A stretch of DNA of 64,000 nt from Rhynchopus sp. YZ270_cl-10 (taxonomy: Eukaryota): assembly GCA_964035575.1 (NCBI GenBank), contig OZ037845.1, positions 372,001 through 436,000 on the forward strand. Reading direction: 5' to 3'. Of this stretch, positions 33,685 to 44,900 are shown piece after piece; the stretch's first letter is position 1, and each line of letters opens with the position of its first letter. Position numbers and translations under genes: made by a program. Under the pieces are notes generated by a model. It was not told where the DNA came from and did not search any database. It saw nothing but the letters and a program-made list of their open reading frames with translations.

Positions 33685-35010
33685 TCAAATCATTTTATCC
33701 GAACAACTTGCCTCAAATCTGTCTAACTCTGCAAGCATCTGTTTACACATAACTGCCGACCGCGTCAACTTCACCGGCTGCGGCGGAGTGACCGTTGCTG
33801 CATACGCTGCAGCACTGCCTGCTGCGTACCCCGCTTTTTGCTTCTTCTTTGCTGCCAATCTATCTGCCGCCACAGGGGTCTCTGCTTCTTCCGCTTTCTC
33901 TTCGATCGCTCTTCTGAACGAACCCGGATAGTGCGCAGGCACTTCCTCTAAAGACAGTTCTCTTGCCCCAAAGACCTGCATATACGTCTGCGCTATGGCA
34001 TCCGCAAATTTATCAAAAAGCACATTCTCCACTAATAACGCCTTTCGCACCGTTCTCGGCAGTTCTAATTGCACTGCAGGCACCCCAAGAAGAACGCTTT
34101 GATGCGCCATAGTATGGAACCCTCTGTTATTGTAGCCTCTCAGAGATGGATCTTTTTCGACCCCCATACGGAGTTGTTTGTAACCGTATTGGCGACGTCC
34201 TTCTAGTGCTTTGGTAAGCTCTTTGTTGATCGCCTTTTTGAGTTTTGCTACAATAGGTTTGTCCCGCCAAAGCTCCTCCATCGCACCAACACCTACATCA
34301 ATATTTAAATTTTCTTTTCGATCAAGCTTTCCATGAAGGTCTATATGAAGTAAAGGGATATTCGTTTCAGCAAACGCCGCCTTCCATGCCTTCAAAGTAC
34401 TATGCCAAGGCGACGCTGCAAAATCCGGTTCTATCAGATAATTCGGATCTAAATTCGCCACATCCTGTTTCACCGCGGTCGCACAATTCCATACCATAAA
34501 GGACGTAGATGACATCAACCCTCCCAATTTCTTTGCTACCGCCTGACTTAATTTCAAACAAAGCTCTGACACCCATCTTTCTCGATAATGTACTCTCACC
34601 TTCTCCCCAAAGGCGCCTCCTCGGAACAACTCCAAACCATGCGGTGCGGTTATCATAATGGGGCCCTCTGTATGCGAAACATACGGCAATGAGGTGTCAT
34701 ACAGCAACGGCAAACTACTTAGCGTCGTTGCTGTGTTCGTTGCAGGCGAAACGATACTCATTGACCTAGTCGTCAATGAATGCGTACTCAACTGCAACGG
34801 CGGGGTGTACACACTAGGATGCGAAGAACTAACACGCCTTATAGGAACATGAGCAGCAGGGGTAGAGTTCGCAGCAGAAGAAGAAGACGTTCCAGGACGT
34901 ACCGTAGAAGTATGCTGGGGAGGTGGTGGTAACGCTGCCGCACGTCGAGAGGACGACACCGTTGCAGCCCTCCCTTGAGAATGAGGTGCAACTATTATTG
35001 ACATTTCCAT
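33685..35010 (-). CDS. Hypothetical protein with Zn-dependent hydrolase (N-formylglutamate amidohydrolase/M14-like) motifs
   Basis: ITAPHG, HYRE, HIDLHG and VQLELP motifs after a Ser/Thr/Pro-rich N-terminus. Confidence 0.6.
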   Translation of the reverse strand: MEMSIIVAPHSQGRAATVSSSRRAAALPPPPQHTSTVRPGTSSSSAANSTPAAHVPIRRVSSSHPSVYTPPLQLSTHSLTTRSMSIVSPATNTATTLSSLPLLYDTSLPYVSHTEGPIMITAPHGLELFRGGAFGEKVRVHYRERWVSELCLKLSQAVAKKLGGLMSSTSFMVWNCATAVKQDVANLDPNYLIEPDFAASPWHSTLKAWKAAFAETNIPLLHIDLHGKLDRKENLNIDVGVGAMEELWRDKPIVAKLKKAINKELTKALEGRRQYGYKQLRMGVEKDPSLRGYNNRGFHTMAHQSVLLGVPAVQLELPRTVRKALLVENVLFDKFADAIAQTYMQVFGARELSLEEVPAHYPGSFRRAIEEKAEEAETPVAADRLAAKKKQKAGYAAGSAAAYAATVTPPQPVKLTRSAVMCKQMLAELDRFEASCSDKMI

Positions 35011-35426
35011 TCAAATATCATGGGGGGAGAAGTGAGAAAAAAAGAAAGGTTCTCAAAACACGAAACAAAAAAGGTAGTGATCAACTAAGAGCGTTGTCTC
35101 TGTGAGTTTTCAAAAAAAAAAGAAAAAATAATAAAGTGAGAGGGAGAAAGAAGAGAAATGAGAATTAGACCAAGAGTTCTTCCTTGGGTGGTTGTGGAAG
35201 AGAGGGGGTGTGGAGGAGATCTGGTGTATAGAGAATAGCCCGTGAACATTACCCAAACCCAAAAACAATGTCGTGAAAAAATGCGAGGGAAGGGGTTTCT
35301 TTATTGTGACGTACGAGGGAAGGAAAAGAGACCATATGCCGCTTTGGACCATTAAATCCACCCTGACGTGTACCATCACACCACCTCCCCAACGCAAAAA
35401 CAGAAATCAACAACAACAACAACATA

Positions 35427-37112
35427 TCACTCTGAAAAACCAAAACTACCAACCTTCTCGTGAACACGATCCCAACACAGCGGGACCGTAAGAGTGCCGT
35501 CAGAGTCACTTTTGCGTCGAGAGAGCTCGTCTGCTGTGTGATTCTCTTCCGAGGCAATCCATTCTACACGGAGGTGGTGTGGTTGCACAAACGAAAAAAT
35601 ATAGCGTAAAAAGAAATTACCCAAGCGTGACTTAGAATGTCCGCGTTTGATGGCGCCCGCCAAACCCTTATTATCCACCAACAGCAACACCCCCTTCTCA
35701 GTTTTTTCTTCATGAAGCACCGCCCTTATGCCCTTTGCTGCCGCTTCCGCTTCAAGAAGAAAGATGTGTCTGTGTGTGGCCGCACAGTTCCACTGCCCCC
35801 AATCGGCTCTCGCTGTGGCGTCCTCCAGATGCTGCCACACTGCGCCCCACCCCGTCGTGCACGCATCCGTCCACACCACGGAGTCCCATTCTGTTGCAGG
35901 TTCCGGCAGGGAGAATCGACATCCTGGACGCACAAAGTCATCGACAAGACGCGTCACTTCCCGTTTCAGCTCACCGGGAATATCCACCACCGTGTCCCAG
36001 TCAAGCGCACCCTTTGCAATCAGACTAGACCAGCCGCTGAGGCAACCAAGTATCGCATCGTAATGGCACAACGGGGTACCTAACACGAACAGGGCTCGAA
36101 CCCCAATACCCAGCATCTGCCATATTGTCCGTACCGACATGGACTGTGCGGACGCAAACCTATCACACGTGTGCTCCACCTTCGCAATCCACAAGTCCGG
36201 AAAACAAAACACGCCCTGCTCCGGGTGCCAAATAATACCGATGTACTCCAGAGCGCAGACTGGCTTCAGAACTGACTTGCCAAAGTTCAGCTCCGCCCCG
36301 GCAAAACGAAAACGCTCCAAAATCTCTGTCAACAATGTCTGCACGGTTGCGGAAGTCTCCCCGAAAAGAAGTATATCATCCAGGTACACGACTGCCCTCA
36401 CCCCCAGCGCGGTCCCGATTAGCGCTTCAGCCGTGTTCTGCGCAATGTACGGTGCAACGGACCAACCCATAGGCACCCGAGTCCACCGGTACCAAGTCTG
36501 ACCTATGCGGAAACAGAAGAAGAGGGACACTTCGTCGTGGATGGGAAGTTGATGAAAAAATCCTTTGAGATCAATTTTTGCTACCCACTTAGCGCCTTTT
36601 CTTTTAAGCAGGTGGTATAGCTGAGGGGGTGATATGAGGTGGAACGTTGGAGGTTTAGGAGTGACTCTATTGATGGGTCGGCCGTCAATGATGGTTCTAT
36701 GAACGGTGGGGTCCGACTTAGGCACCGTGAATACCTTCACCACTCCGCGAGCTCGTTCGTTTCTCCCTACCTTTTTGCAGACCCCTGCCCTTACACACGC
36801 CGCAATGAAGGAGGGTGGGAGGTCGGATTTCGGGCCTGGCAACGGGATGCACCCACTCCGCACCGCATCAATCGCGTTGGGATCCGTCATCCAGTTCGTG
36901 AACGTCGTGTCCATGCCCGCGCCTTCTGCTAGTATTCGTATCCGCTCCACGCATATCGTCGTTCGGGGGAAAGAGTCGAGCTTTGCCTGTCGTGGAGGTG
37001 GTGTCATCATATCCGGGCTCAAACCAGTGCATTCTCCTGACTGTGGCGGGTTCCATTCCTCGATATTGGTGTGCGCCTCATCGCCGTAGTCCTCCTGGAG
37101 CCCCCGAATCAT
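35427..37112 (-). CDS. Reverse transcriptase-RNase H of the YR retrotransposon (frame stays open upstream to 38534)
   Basis: RT: VFTVPKSD, RTIIDGRPIN, KIDLKGFFHQL, RVPMGWSVAP, YLDD. RNase H: WTDAC, LLEAEA, LVDNK, ENHTADELSR. Confidence 0.9.
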   Translation of the reverse strand: MIRGLQEDYGDEAHTNIEEWNPPQSGECTGLSPDMMTPPPRQAKLDSFPRTTICVERIRILAEGAGMDTTFTNWMTDPNAIDAVRSGCIPLPGPKSDLPPSFIAACVRAGVCKKVGRNERARGVVKVFTVPKSDPTVHRTIIDGRPINRVTPKPPTFHLISPPQLYHLLKRKGAKWVAKIDLKGFFHQLPIHDEVSLFFCFRIGQTWYRWTRVPMGWSVAPYIAQNTAEALIGTALGVRAVVYLDDILLFGETSATVQTLLTEILERFRFAGAELNFGKSVLKPVCALEYIGIIWHPEQGVFCFPDLWIAKVEHTCDRFASAQSMSVRTIWQMLGIGVRALFVLGTPLCHYDAILGCLSGWSSLIAKGALDWDTVVDIPGELKREVTRLVDDFVRPGCRFSLPEPATEWDSVVWTDACTTGWGAVWQHLEDATARADWGQWNCAATHRHIFLLEAEAAAKGIRAVLHEEKTEKGVLLLVDNKGLAGAIKRGHSKSRLGNFFLRYIFSFVQPHHLRVEWIASEENHTADELSRRKSDSDGTLTVPLCWDRVHEKVGSFGFSE

Positions 37113-38671
37113 TGCAGCGAAGACAGCAGCTTCGCTTCCTCCCTCCGTCTCCCTAGTGTGTTCGTCCGCAGGTATCGCACCGTCTCCTGCTCGCTCGCAT
37201 GCCTCAACAGCTCCCGCAAGTCGCCCCTCTTCGCTCCTGTCTTCTCCACCTCCTGTATGGCCCCTCGTCTCATCGAGTGAAGCCACGAAGCCTGCGGGAA
37301 CACCTTCTTCAGCTCGCGCTTCAACCTCTCGTACAGGGCTGAGGAGCCCCCGAACACCAGCGCCTTCTCGTCGGCTACGCTGCGCATGAACCGTACGGCA
37401 ATCGCCGTAATGTTCCCCGGCGGTAGGTTGATCGGTGGCTTCCACGTCTTGCACCCCTTTTCCCGCGCAAAGAATTCTCCTCCTACTGTCTCCAAGTTTT
37501 GGGGGGTCTTGGACGGAAACTCTTTCCAGTCCAGTTTCGTGAGGTACCTCAAATCGGGTATCCGTGCACGAGAGACCCAAGCGATCGCCGCCAACGCTGC
37601 CGCCGGTCTGCATCCCTGATCCCACAACTTCTCCACAGCTGACTTCGCATCTGCCGCTGACATTGCCGGAGCTTGATTTGGACGGATCATCGTCCCCAGT
37701 CTGGCGAGTCCCTTCTTCGCGTCCAGCAGCATACGCGTCCGTACTCCTTTCACGCCCTCTCGATGAGCTCCGCGCACCAACGTCTCCATGTACTTCTTTG
37801 CCGTGCTGGGTGCTGTCGTATTTAACATGCTGTGGGCGTACTCTATTATCAGCTCGTCCGTCGGCCTTCCGCTGTGTTGCTTCGCCCTCCACTCCGAAAA
37901 ACGTGTGCAGATCCGGTCCTCCTCGCTCATCGTTTTTGGTGCCTTCGCAAATTGTGCTAGCTCGTCCCAGCGCACCAAGTGATGGATCAGCGATCCCAAC
38001 GACTTTCCGTCCCTCTCCGCAAACACCTTGTTCTCGATGGCTAGTTTTTTCTTTTTTGATAATTGTTTTCCAAGCGTTTCTGGCTCTAAGCAGGGCGGCG
38101 GAAAAACTCGAGGAGGGGTCACCGGAGTTTGCATCTCCTGGCTGCCCTCTGGGAGGCCCCCCGCCTTGTTGCTTTTTGCATTGAGAGAAAAGCCCACCGC
38201 TTGGTTCTCGTTTTGATTGAGAGAATTGAAATTGGTATGTTTGAGACATACGTCTCGACGGCCCACCGCCTTGTTGCTTTTTGCATTGAGAGAAAAGCCC
38301 ACCGCTTGGCTCTTGTTTTGATTGAGAGAATTGAAATTGGTTTGTTTGAGACATCCGTCTCGAAGGCCCACTGCCTTGTAGTTGTTCTTTGTGAGACATA
38401 TGTCTCGAAGGCCCACCGCCTTGTAGTTGTTCTTTGTGAGACATACGTCTCGAAGGCCCACTGCCTTGTAGTTGTTCTTTGTGAGACATACGTCTCGAAG
38501 GCCCACCGCCTTGTAGTTGTTCTTTGTGAGACATATGTCTCGAAGGCCCACCGCCTGGTAGTTCGTCTGGTTCAGGGGTGGCCTCGGGCAGGCTGCCGAG
38601 TTAGGAACCCTTCTCTCCCCCTTTCTTGCCTTTGCCCGCTCCTTTCGTGTTGAACGACGCCGACGGGTCAT
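37109..38671 (-). CDS. Tyrosine recombinase of the retrotransposon
   Basis: Catalytic set R (SRARIPDL), K (REKGCK), HxxR (HSMRR), H (LLRH), Y (TVRY); repeat-rich N-terminal extension. Confidence 0.85.
   Translation of the reverse strand: MTRRRRSTRKERAKARKGERRVPNSAACPRPPLNQTNYQAVGLRDICLTKNNYKAVGLRDVCLTKNNYKAVGLRDVCLTKNNYKAVGLRDICLTKNNYKAVGLRDGCLKQTNFNSLNQNKSQAVGFSLNAKSNKAVGRRDVCLKHTNFNSLNQNENQAVGFSLNAKSNKAGGLPEGSQEMQTPVTPPRVFPPPCLEPETLGKQLSKKKKLAIENKVFAERDGKSLGSLIHHLVRWDELAQFAKAPKTMSEEDRICTRFSEWRAKQHSGRPTDELIIEYAHSMLNTTAPSTAKKYMETLVRGAHREGVKGVRTRMLLDAKKGLARLGTMIRPNQAPAMSAADAKSAVEKLWDQGCRPAAALAAIAWVSRARIPDLRYLTKLDWKEFPSKTPQNLETVGGEFFAREKGCKTWKPPINLPPGNITAIAVRFMRSVADEKALVFGGSSALYERLKRELKKVFPQASWLHSMRRGAIQEVEKTGAKRGDLRELLRHASEQETVRYLRTNTLGRRREEAKLLSSLQ
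38160..38556. repeat. Internal tandem repeats (~4.5 x 45 nt, then ~2 x 105 nt) in the YR/RT overlap
   Basis: Unit GAGACATA(T/C)GTCTCGAAGGCCCAC(C/T)GCCTTGTAGTTGTTCTTTGT, containing the palindrome GAGACATATGTCTC. Confidence 0.9.
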
Positions 38672-38687
38672 AACGCATGCGTTTGTT

Positions 38688-39653
38688 CTATTGCTGGCGT
38701 CCTCCTCCTCCTTGGTAGGATCGCTTGCCCTTGTGCGTGTTGTTCGCCGCCACGGCTGCCAGCATAGCCTGCCTGCGTGTCGGGGTGGTCGTAGACCCTA
38801 CTATGCCGCGCATCCGGAAAGCCTTAGCAGCCTCCACTCCCAGGGTAAACCTGTAGTGGAAGAAGAGCAGGTTGTCCAAGGAGTCACCGAGGATATCAAC
38901 CATACTCCTCCCCTTGAGGATCTTCTGGATCAGTGTCCAGGAAGCGTGCGCGGCATCCTTCGCGTCACCGTCCCTCGTCGGGATGTACCCCCGGAGGTTC
39001 GCGAGCAAGTCACCCTGCTGGATGCGATCCAACTCCTGCCACCTTTTGTGGTTCAGGGTCACATCGTCCGCATCCACACCCGCATCATCCGCATCATCCC
39101 CGATGTCGCTGCCTCCGCCAAAGCTCTGCGCATCCAACGTGTCGCCGGCTGCTGGGCCCCCGCCTCCCGCACTGCCGGGCAGTAGCCCCCCGTCTGCCCG
39201 CGGAGCGAAAGTGAACCGCTTCCTCGACACTTCGGCAGCGACAGCTTCCTCCTCCGTGTCGTGGGCCGCCTGTGGAGAGGTTACATCGGGTGACGAGGGA
39301 AAAGCCTCTCTGTTCTCGTCCGCCAGCAACCCCTCAAACGCCTCTTCTCCCACTGCACGCCGCACTGCCGTGAGGAACAGCGCCAGCCTCCGCGGAGGCG
39401 TGTTCGCCCACTTCTCAGGCTCCGATCGGGTCACCACGCCGATTACCTCGCGCAGGGCCTCTACAGTCAAGGACTCTACCTCTGAAGAAGAGATAGCCTC
39501 CAGGGTGTCGCACACGAACTTGCCCTGAAGACTCACCGAACCCAATTTTTCCTTCACGATGTTTGGTGCCTCCTTGCACATCCCTCCCAACACGTTGCTG
39601 ACCTTAAACCAGAACATTCTGGAAGGTGCATTTTTGAACTCGCTCATGTCCAT
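38688..39653 (-). CDS. ORF1 (gag-like) of the YR retrotransposon
   Basis: Called by position only: first ORF, ATG 39653 just inside the terminal direct repeat, basic/Gly-rich C-terminus. No diagnostic motif recognised. Confidence 0.65.
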   Translation of the reverse strand: MDMSEFKNAPSRMFWFKVSNVLGGMCKEAPNIVKEKLGSVSLQGKFVCDTLEAISSSEVESLTVEALREVIGVVTRSEPEKWANTPPRRLALFLTAVRRAVGEEAFEGLLADENREAFPSSPDVTSPQAAHDTEEEAVAAEVSRKRFTFAPRADGGLLPGSAGGGGPAAGDTLDAQSFGGGSDIGDDADDAGVDADDVTLNHKRWQELDRIQQGDLLANLRGYIPTRDGDAKDAAHASWTLIQKILKGRSMVDILGDSLDNLLFFHYRFTLGVEAAKAFRMRGIVGSTTTPTRRQAMLAAVAANNTHKGKRSYQGGGGRQQ

Positions 39654-39868
39654 TTTTTGTGTCGTACGAGGGAAGGAAAAGAGACCACCCGAAAACAGAG
39701 ATTTTTCCTGATGAAGGTGAGTGGTGTTTTCCTTCGCCTTTCCAGCCTTTGCAATGCAAAGTGGTAAAAAAACAAAAAACATGAATGGGGCAAAGCTTTT
39801 ATTTTTATTCATACTAAACACCAGATCTCCCCATGTCGCAGCAAAGCTGCTTTAAACAAGTTAACTGG

Positions 39869-39967
39869 GGAGGAGGAGGAGGAGGAGGAGGAGGAGGAGG
39901 AGGAGGAGGAGGAGGAGGAGGAGGAGGAGGAGGAGGAGGAGGAGGAGGAGGAGGAGGAGGAGGAGGA
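39869..39967. repeat. (GGA)~33 perfect microsatellite
   Basis: Uninterrupted GGA run of ~99 nt. Confidence 0.97.
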
Positions 39968-40330
39968 GTGGTGGCTGTATTGTGATAATTGCTCCATCAT
40001 AATATACAATTACAGCGTTTGTGGATTATGATGAGGAAGTTATCATAGTACAACCGCCATGGGGGGTGGGAGAGGAAATTGGTAGCTTGCTTTTTAACTT
40101 TTCTTTTGGATTTTAGCTTTGTTTTCCAGATTTGGTTTTTTTTTGGAGAAAAAGCCAAGGGGAAGGTTGTCCCATTGAGAGCAAAAAAATAATGCGAGGG
40201 TTTGTGAGAAGTTCTGCCTCTTATATGCTCCCACCCTGAAAGCAGGCTGCCGCATCTGAGAGGGTGTTCATCGGGGCGAAGTGCGATGCCATCTGCATTT
40301 TTGATGATCAATTTTGAATAATCGATTTTT

Positions 40331-43300
40331 TCACCATACCTCAGACACCTCTCTATGCCGCTTCATCAGAGCCCCGAGACGTTGCTGCTTTGCACAGCGC
40401 TGGGCATGACAGCGTACTGCCACTGCAGCTTCTTCAGCAGGGAGTACGATACCGTCGTGAAGAGGCCCTGCTGGGAAGGGTGCCCTGCCTAGCAACTCTA
40501 CCCGCACAAGGCCACAGCCCAGGGCAGAGAGTACGATGTAGTGTGTTGCGTGGTCGATCTGCAGTGCGTTGGTGTTGAGCATGTCTCCACCAGCACTCCA
40601 GACCACCACAACAGACCCTGCCGCTACCGCGTCAGCACGCACCTCTACTGGCAGCAGTGGTGTGGCCAGCAGCGCCATCTCATGCGAAGCAGTCGCATAG
40701 TACACGATACTCCCGTCTAAAGGCGCAGTAGTGAGGCCAGAGTAGCCACGGTGCCCGCACAACGCAACCTCACTCCCTAACCCTGCAAGGAATTCCTTAA
40801 ATTCTACAGACATATCGGCTGCGTTGTGGTGCAAAACCTGAGAAAAGAAGATAAAAAAAAACAATTTGTAATGAATTTTCGCGGATGAATAAGCCTAGCC
40901 TAGACTTATGCAAAGAGAATGACATACCTCCTCCAACGTTGGGCTCAGCGTAGTCGCAAGCAGCACTGTGACCGCATAGGTGTCTCTGTCCGGAAGACTG
41001 TCCAGACGGTGCAATGCAGTGTCGAGCTGCGTTGCCTTCTGGCGCAGGACGGCACCACCTTGCGTATGCCCCCCTATGCTAAGAAGCGGGAACGTCGTCA
41101 GCGCATGCCTCAAACCACCACCACCACCACGCACTTCCACACCTCCTTCCTTCCCCACACCCTCTCCACCTTCGGACCTCTCAGCTTCGTGCTCCTCTAG
41201 CAAGGCCTCCACACCACTCATTTCCTTAGCAAGCTCTGATAGCCAGGGTTCTTCTGATGCGGTCTTCTCAGGAATCTCTGGAGAATGTTTTTGCGATGCA
41301 AGCTTTAAACCAAGGTTCTGCACTGCTACGGCGCTTTGTATGGAGTGGGATTCGTGCAATGCATGTGTCCTTCCCCGTCCGGTTTGTTGAGTAGAATCTC
41401 CGACTAGGGCGTTGGTTGTTTCGAAGATAGAGTCATCCCCTTTGTCGACAGAATGTAAGGACCAGGTGTACCGTCCAGCCAGGCTGCGGGAGGTGAGATG
41501 CACCTCACTTTGAATGGATCGGAGGCTAATGAGCGCTCGGTCGCCTAACATGAGGTGGGGTTCGTTGTCACCTTCTTCGAGACTGCTGGAACAGCGTGGG
41601 TGCGTTGCGGTGCAGTCGTGCCTCGCATAGTGCACTGCCAGATGATGCAGCGCAGCCTCCGCCGCCTGCCGTACATGCCCTACCCCTTGCGCATCCTCCC
41701 ACCACACCCCTTCGCTTGGCACAATGATCCGCCCCTGCAGTTCTGACGAACTCTCCGCCAACACTGCTCTGGCAACCTCCTTCCTTGCAGAGGTTAATGT
41801 CATGACACTGTACCTACTGTCCATATGCCCTGACGCAGCGTAGACCAATGCATCCAACGCTAAACGAAGCGTAGAATTGCTAAGTTGATGTGGCAAGCAA
41901 GCTGAATGCAGTGCATGAACCAACGCCTCCAGAAGCGCTGGGTGATTAAACAGATTATGTGAAGCAAGAGCAGTTAAAAGCGAGCTTGCAAACAGACCTG
42001 CCAATGTCTCTGCCACGTCGCCAGCCCCTTCTAAACAGCGTACCCTACCTTCTAAGAGGGTGGACAATGCAGAGGTGGCCTCCAAGCCAACAGAACAGTT
42101 TGCGTCAAGCAGTCTCATAGCTGCAGTGTTGATCAGACTGGTTTGCAGTGCATTGCCCCCTTCTGTTGTCCGTAGGAGGGTGAAGGCGACGGAACCTAGT
42201 CCCTTCATCGCAATGCACCGTGCCTCGTATGGTTGGCTTCCACTAAGCGCAACGCGTAGTGCAGTCACCACAACCCCTCTCAGTTCTGAATAGCTCTGCG
42301 GGAGAATTCCATTGACAGCCGTCGCAACCAAACCCTCTGGTGTCCAATCCTGGGGCCAAATGATCGCATCACCCCCGCGCCGCTCACACACCGACGCCGC
42401 AACGTTAAGAAGCCCTGCAGCAGCACAACGCACCGCACATTCCCTTTCCTTCTTCTCAGGGGTCAACCCTGCCGAAACATTCTGCTGCAAACACCCAAAC
42501 GCTGCCAACGCCAGCACCGGAACGATCCCAAGCACCTCCGTATCCCCTTGAACACAAGCAAAGATATTCGCTGCCGCGGTCGCACCACGCACAACAGGGA
42601 ACAACCGGAACACCGCCACCCTCAGCAATGCTACATCCCCTCCACCCAACGCCTTCACCAACACCGCTTTGCACACAGGGAACAACCGCAGCCCTGCTTG
42701 ACCACCAAGCAATATATCACACAACCCCGCCATCGCCATCTGCGGGCCTCCACAGGATCGAAACTCTACGCTACTCTTCTCCAACGCATTGAAAAGGATT
42801 GGCAGTGCGATGCGGGCGAGCGTCGTGGAAAGCGTCTTCCCGCTGAGGGTGAATGAAGTCTGCTCTGTTTGAAGCAGATGCGGAGCCGACGTCTGCGGTA
42901 CCGGCTTCGCTGTAACAACAAGCCGATGACATTGCTGCGCATACAGCAGATCCGACACCACATCGACCATAGTATGTACTATAGTCAGCTGCACCGCATC
43001 AGGCAACACCTCCACAGACGCCGCCTTCAGCACCGACGACAACAGACACACCCACATTTCGGTCACCTCCTCCACATTCGCATACTGATCGTACACCAAC
43101 ACCTCCACCCCCCCATTCTTCAACACCGGCACCCTCTGCTTATGTATCGAAAGCACAGACTGACTCTTCATATCCTTCGCCTCCTTAATAGATTTGGTCC
43201 CTCCACTTTGCGGAAGAACCAAGGAAGGGAACGGTTGTTTCAGCTCTACCCCAATTTGCATGCTAAGAACCACGCGAAGAAGGCCTAATATAACGCGACG

Positions 43301-44755
43301 CCAATGAAGAATAAGGGGGTTGCTGCTGAAGGTGGTATCCCCTAGGCATCGGGTGGAGGGAATGCACACTGCAGCCCCAAGAGAGCGGGATGGTTTCATG
43401 CCTGCGAGAAGCGCGCATACTGTGGTTGCAAGGTGCTGAGACTCCTCTGGGTTGGGCCGCGCGCGTACCCATTGACTAAAGAAGGAGCGGCTCACCATTT
43501 CATTGCTTGCCTCATACACCGGACTCCCCGCACCCAACCCACGAAATACAGGAGTAACAACCCGATTCAAAAACAATCTCAATGTTGACACCATTCTCGG
43601 AATCTTACTTTGCACCAACAAAAAAAAATCGCAGGCTACCTCAAATAACGCAATTTTCACCTGCAAAAAGGGGGTACTTACCCCTTGAGTATTTGTCATC
43701 TGAAATAAATTCGCTAAGGCATCTGTCATTAATGGAATGGCGCCTTCTTGATGGGTGTGCATTAAGGATCCTGGCTGAGGCTCTGATAGGATTGTGTAGT
43801 ATAGTCTCGCTGTGCGGTATAAAGCGGTCAGTTCATCTGGTGGCAAAATCGATGAGGAGTAACCAAGAATCTGAAGGAGAAGCGTCATATCAGCTACACT
43901 ACCAATCAGCACCTTCGCAGAACGTTCTTTATTGAGGAGAGACAAAAAGGCGTTCGCCACTACAACATGCACCTGCCATCCTAAACCACGAAACCCCTGA
44001 GTCACCCCTTCCCCCGAAACCGTCTCCGCAAACTGCGGATACAAAATCGGCGCCAACGCTCCCTTAAAAAGCTTCCACCAAAACGACAAAAGCTGGGTCG
44101 TAGTAAACAAATGACACAAATCATGAAAAAACTCCACCGCTTCGCTTTGACTATCATCTGTCACCGTTCTCTTTGGATAGAAATCGTATGACGCTCCGGT
44201 AGATTTTAATACACGAACACCTTTTGGGAGAAAAAGCTCGGGTTGTGGGTCGGACATTTGCCGGACTGCATTCCAGTTGACAGAAGAGAGGAGAAGGGAG
44301 ATGTGGTGGGATTGGACCTCGGAGCCTAGAGTGTCGATGTAGGAGAGAAGAATGTCGACGGCAGCGCGACGGAGGGAGGGGTGGTTGTCAGCCTGGAGCG
44401 CCATATCGAGCTCGCGGGTGAACCATTCTGCGTTCCATCCGGAGCGGATTTGGTCGGGCATTTCTTGGATTAATCGTCTCATAGTATCAAGAAACGGTCG
44501 TAGATGGTCAACAGTGACCTGTTTGCCTTTGCTTGAATGAGATATCTGAAAATATTGCATTTGTGCATTGCATAACGAAACAATATCCTGTGCTCGGCGT
44601 GCAAACAGTTGATGTACATCAGACTGCAAATACCCCTCCTCCTCCAGCGTTACTAAAAGCCGAAACCTCTCCTTGACCTTCCCGCTTACATCGAAGATCT
44701 TCTTCTCACGAAGGGCAAGCTTGACGTCGCTGGTTGCGGTGGTGAGTTGCTTCAT
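40331..44755 (-). CDS. RalGAP-alpha/tuberin-like protein with C-terminal Rap-GAP domain; 2 exons (44755-40928, 40837-40331)
   Basis: N-terminal LQADNHPSLRRAAVDILL; RSLAGRYTW; LDSLPDRDTYAVTVL. A phase-0 90-nt GTATGT...CAG intron (40927-40838) joins EE|VLHHN...EFKEFLAGLGSEVAL.GHRGYSGL, a Rap-GAP pattern. The true 3' end could involve a further intron. Confidence 0.72.
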
Positions 44756-44900
44756 GTCAAAAATTATTCTCGCATTCTCATAGTTTTATACTCCTGATAA
44801 AAAAATGACGTATTTTTTTTGAGGCTTCATTAAAGAAAAAAGGAGACAATATCCATTAGAATAATCTAAAAAAAATCCCGTAAATGCCCCCAAAAACCCT

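Larger units (their letters stand above)
35306..39687 (-). mobile_element. Tyrosine-recombinase retrotransposon, gag-YR-RT/RNaseH order (VIPER/TATE-like), apparently intact
   Basis: Three uninterrupted ORFs; 25-bp direct repeat CGTACGAGGGAAGGAAAAGAGACCA at 35310-35334 and 39663-39687; GC-rich relative to flanks. Confidence 0.88.

Noticed and set aside
38360..38556. Palindrome-containing regular repeats resembling a CRISPR array
   Set aside because: The units are contiguous with no unique spacers, there are no cas genes, and they sit inside retroelement ORFs in a eukaryote.
39809..40009. Poly-Ser ORF
   Set aside because: Translation of the GGA microsatellite.
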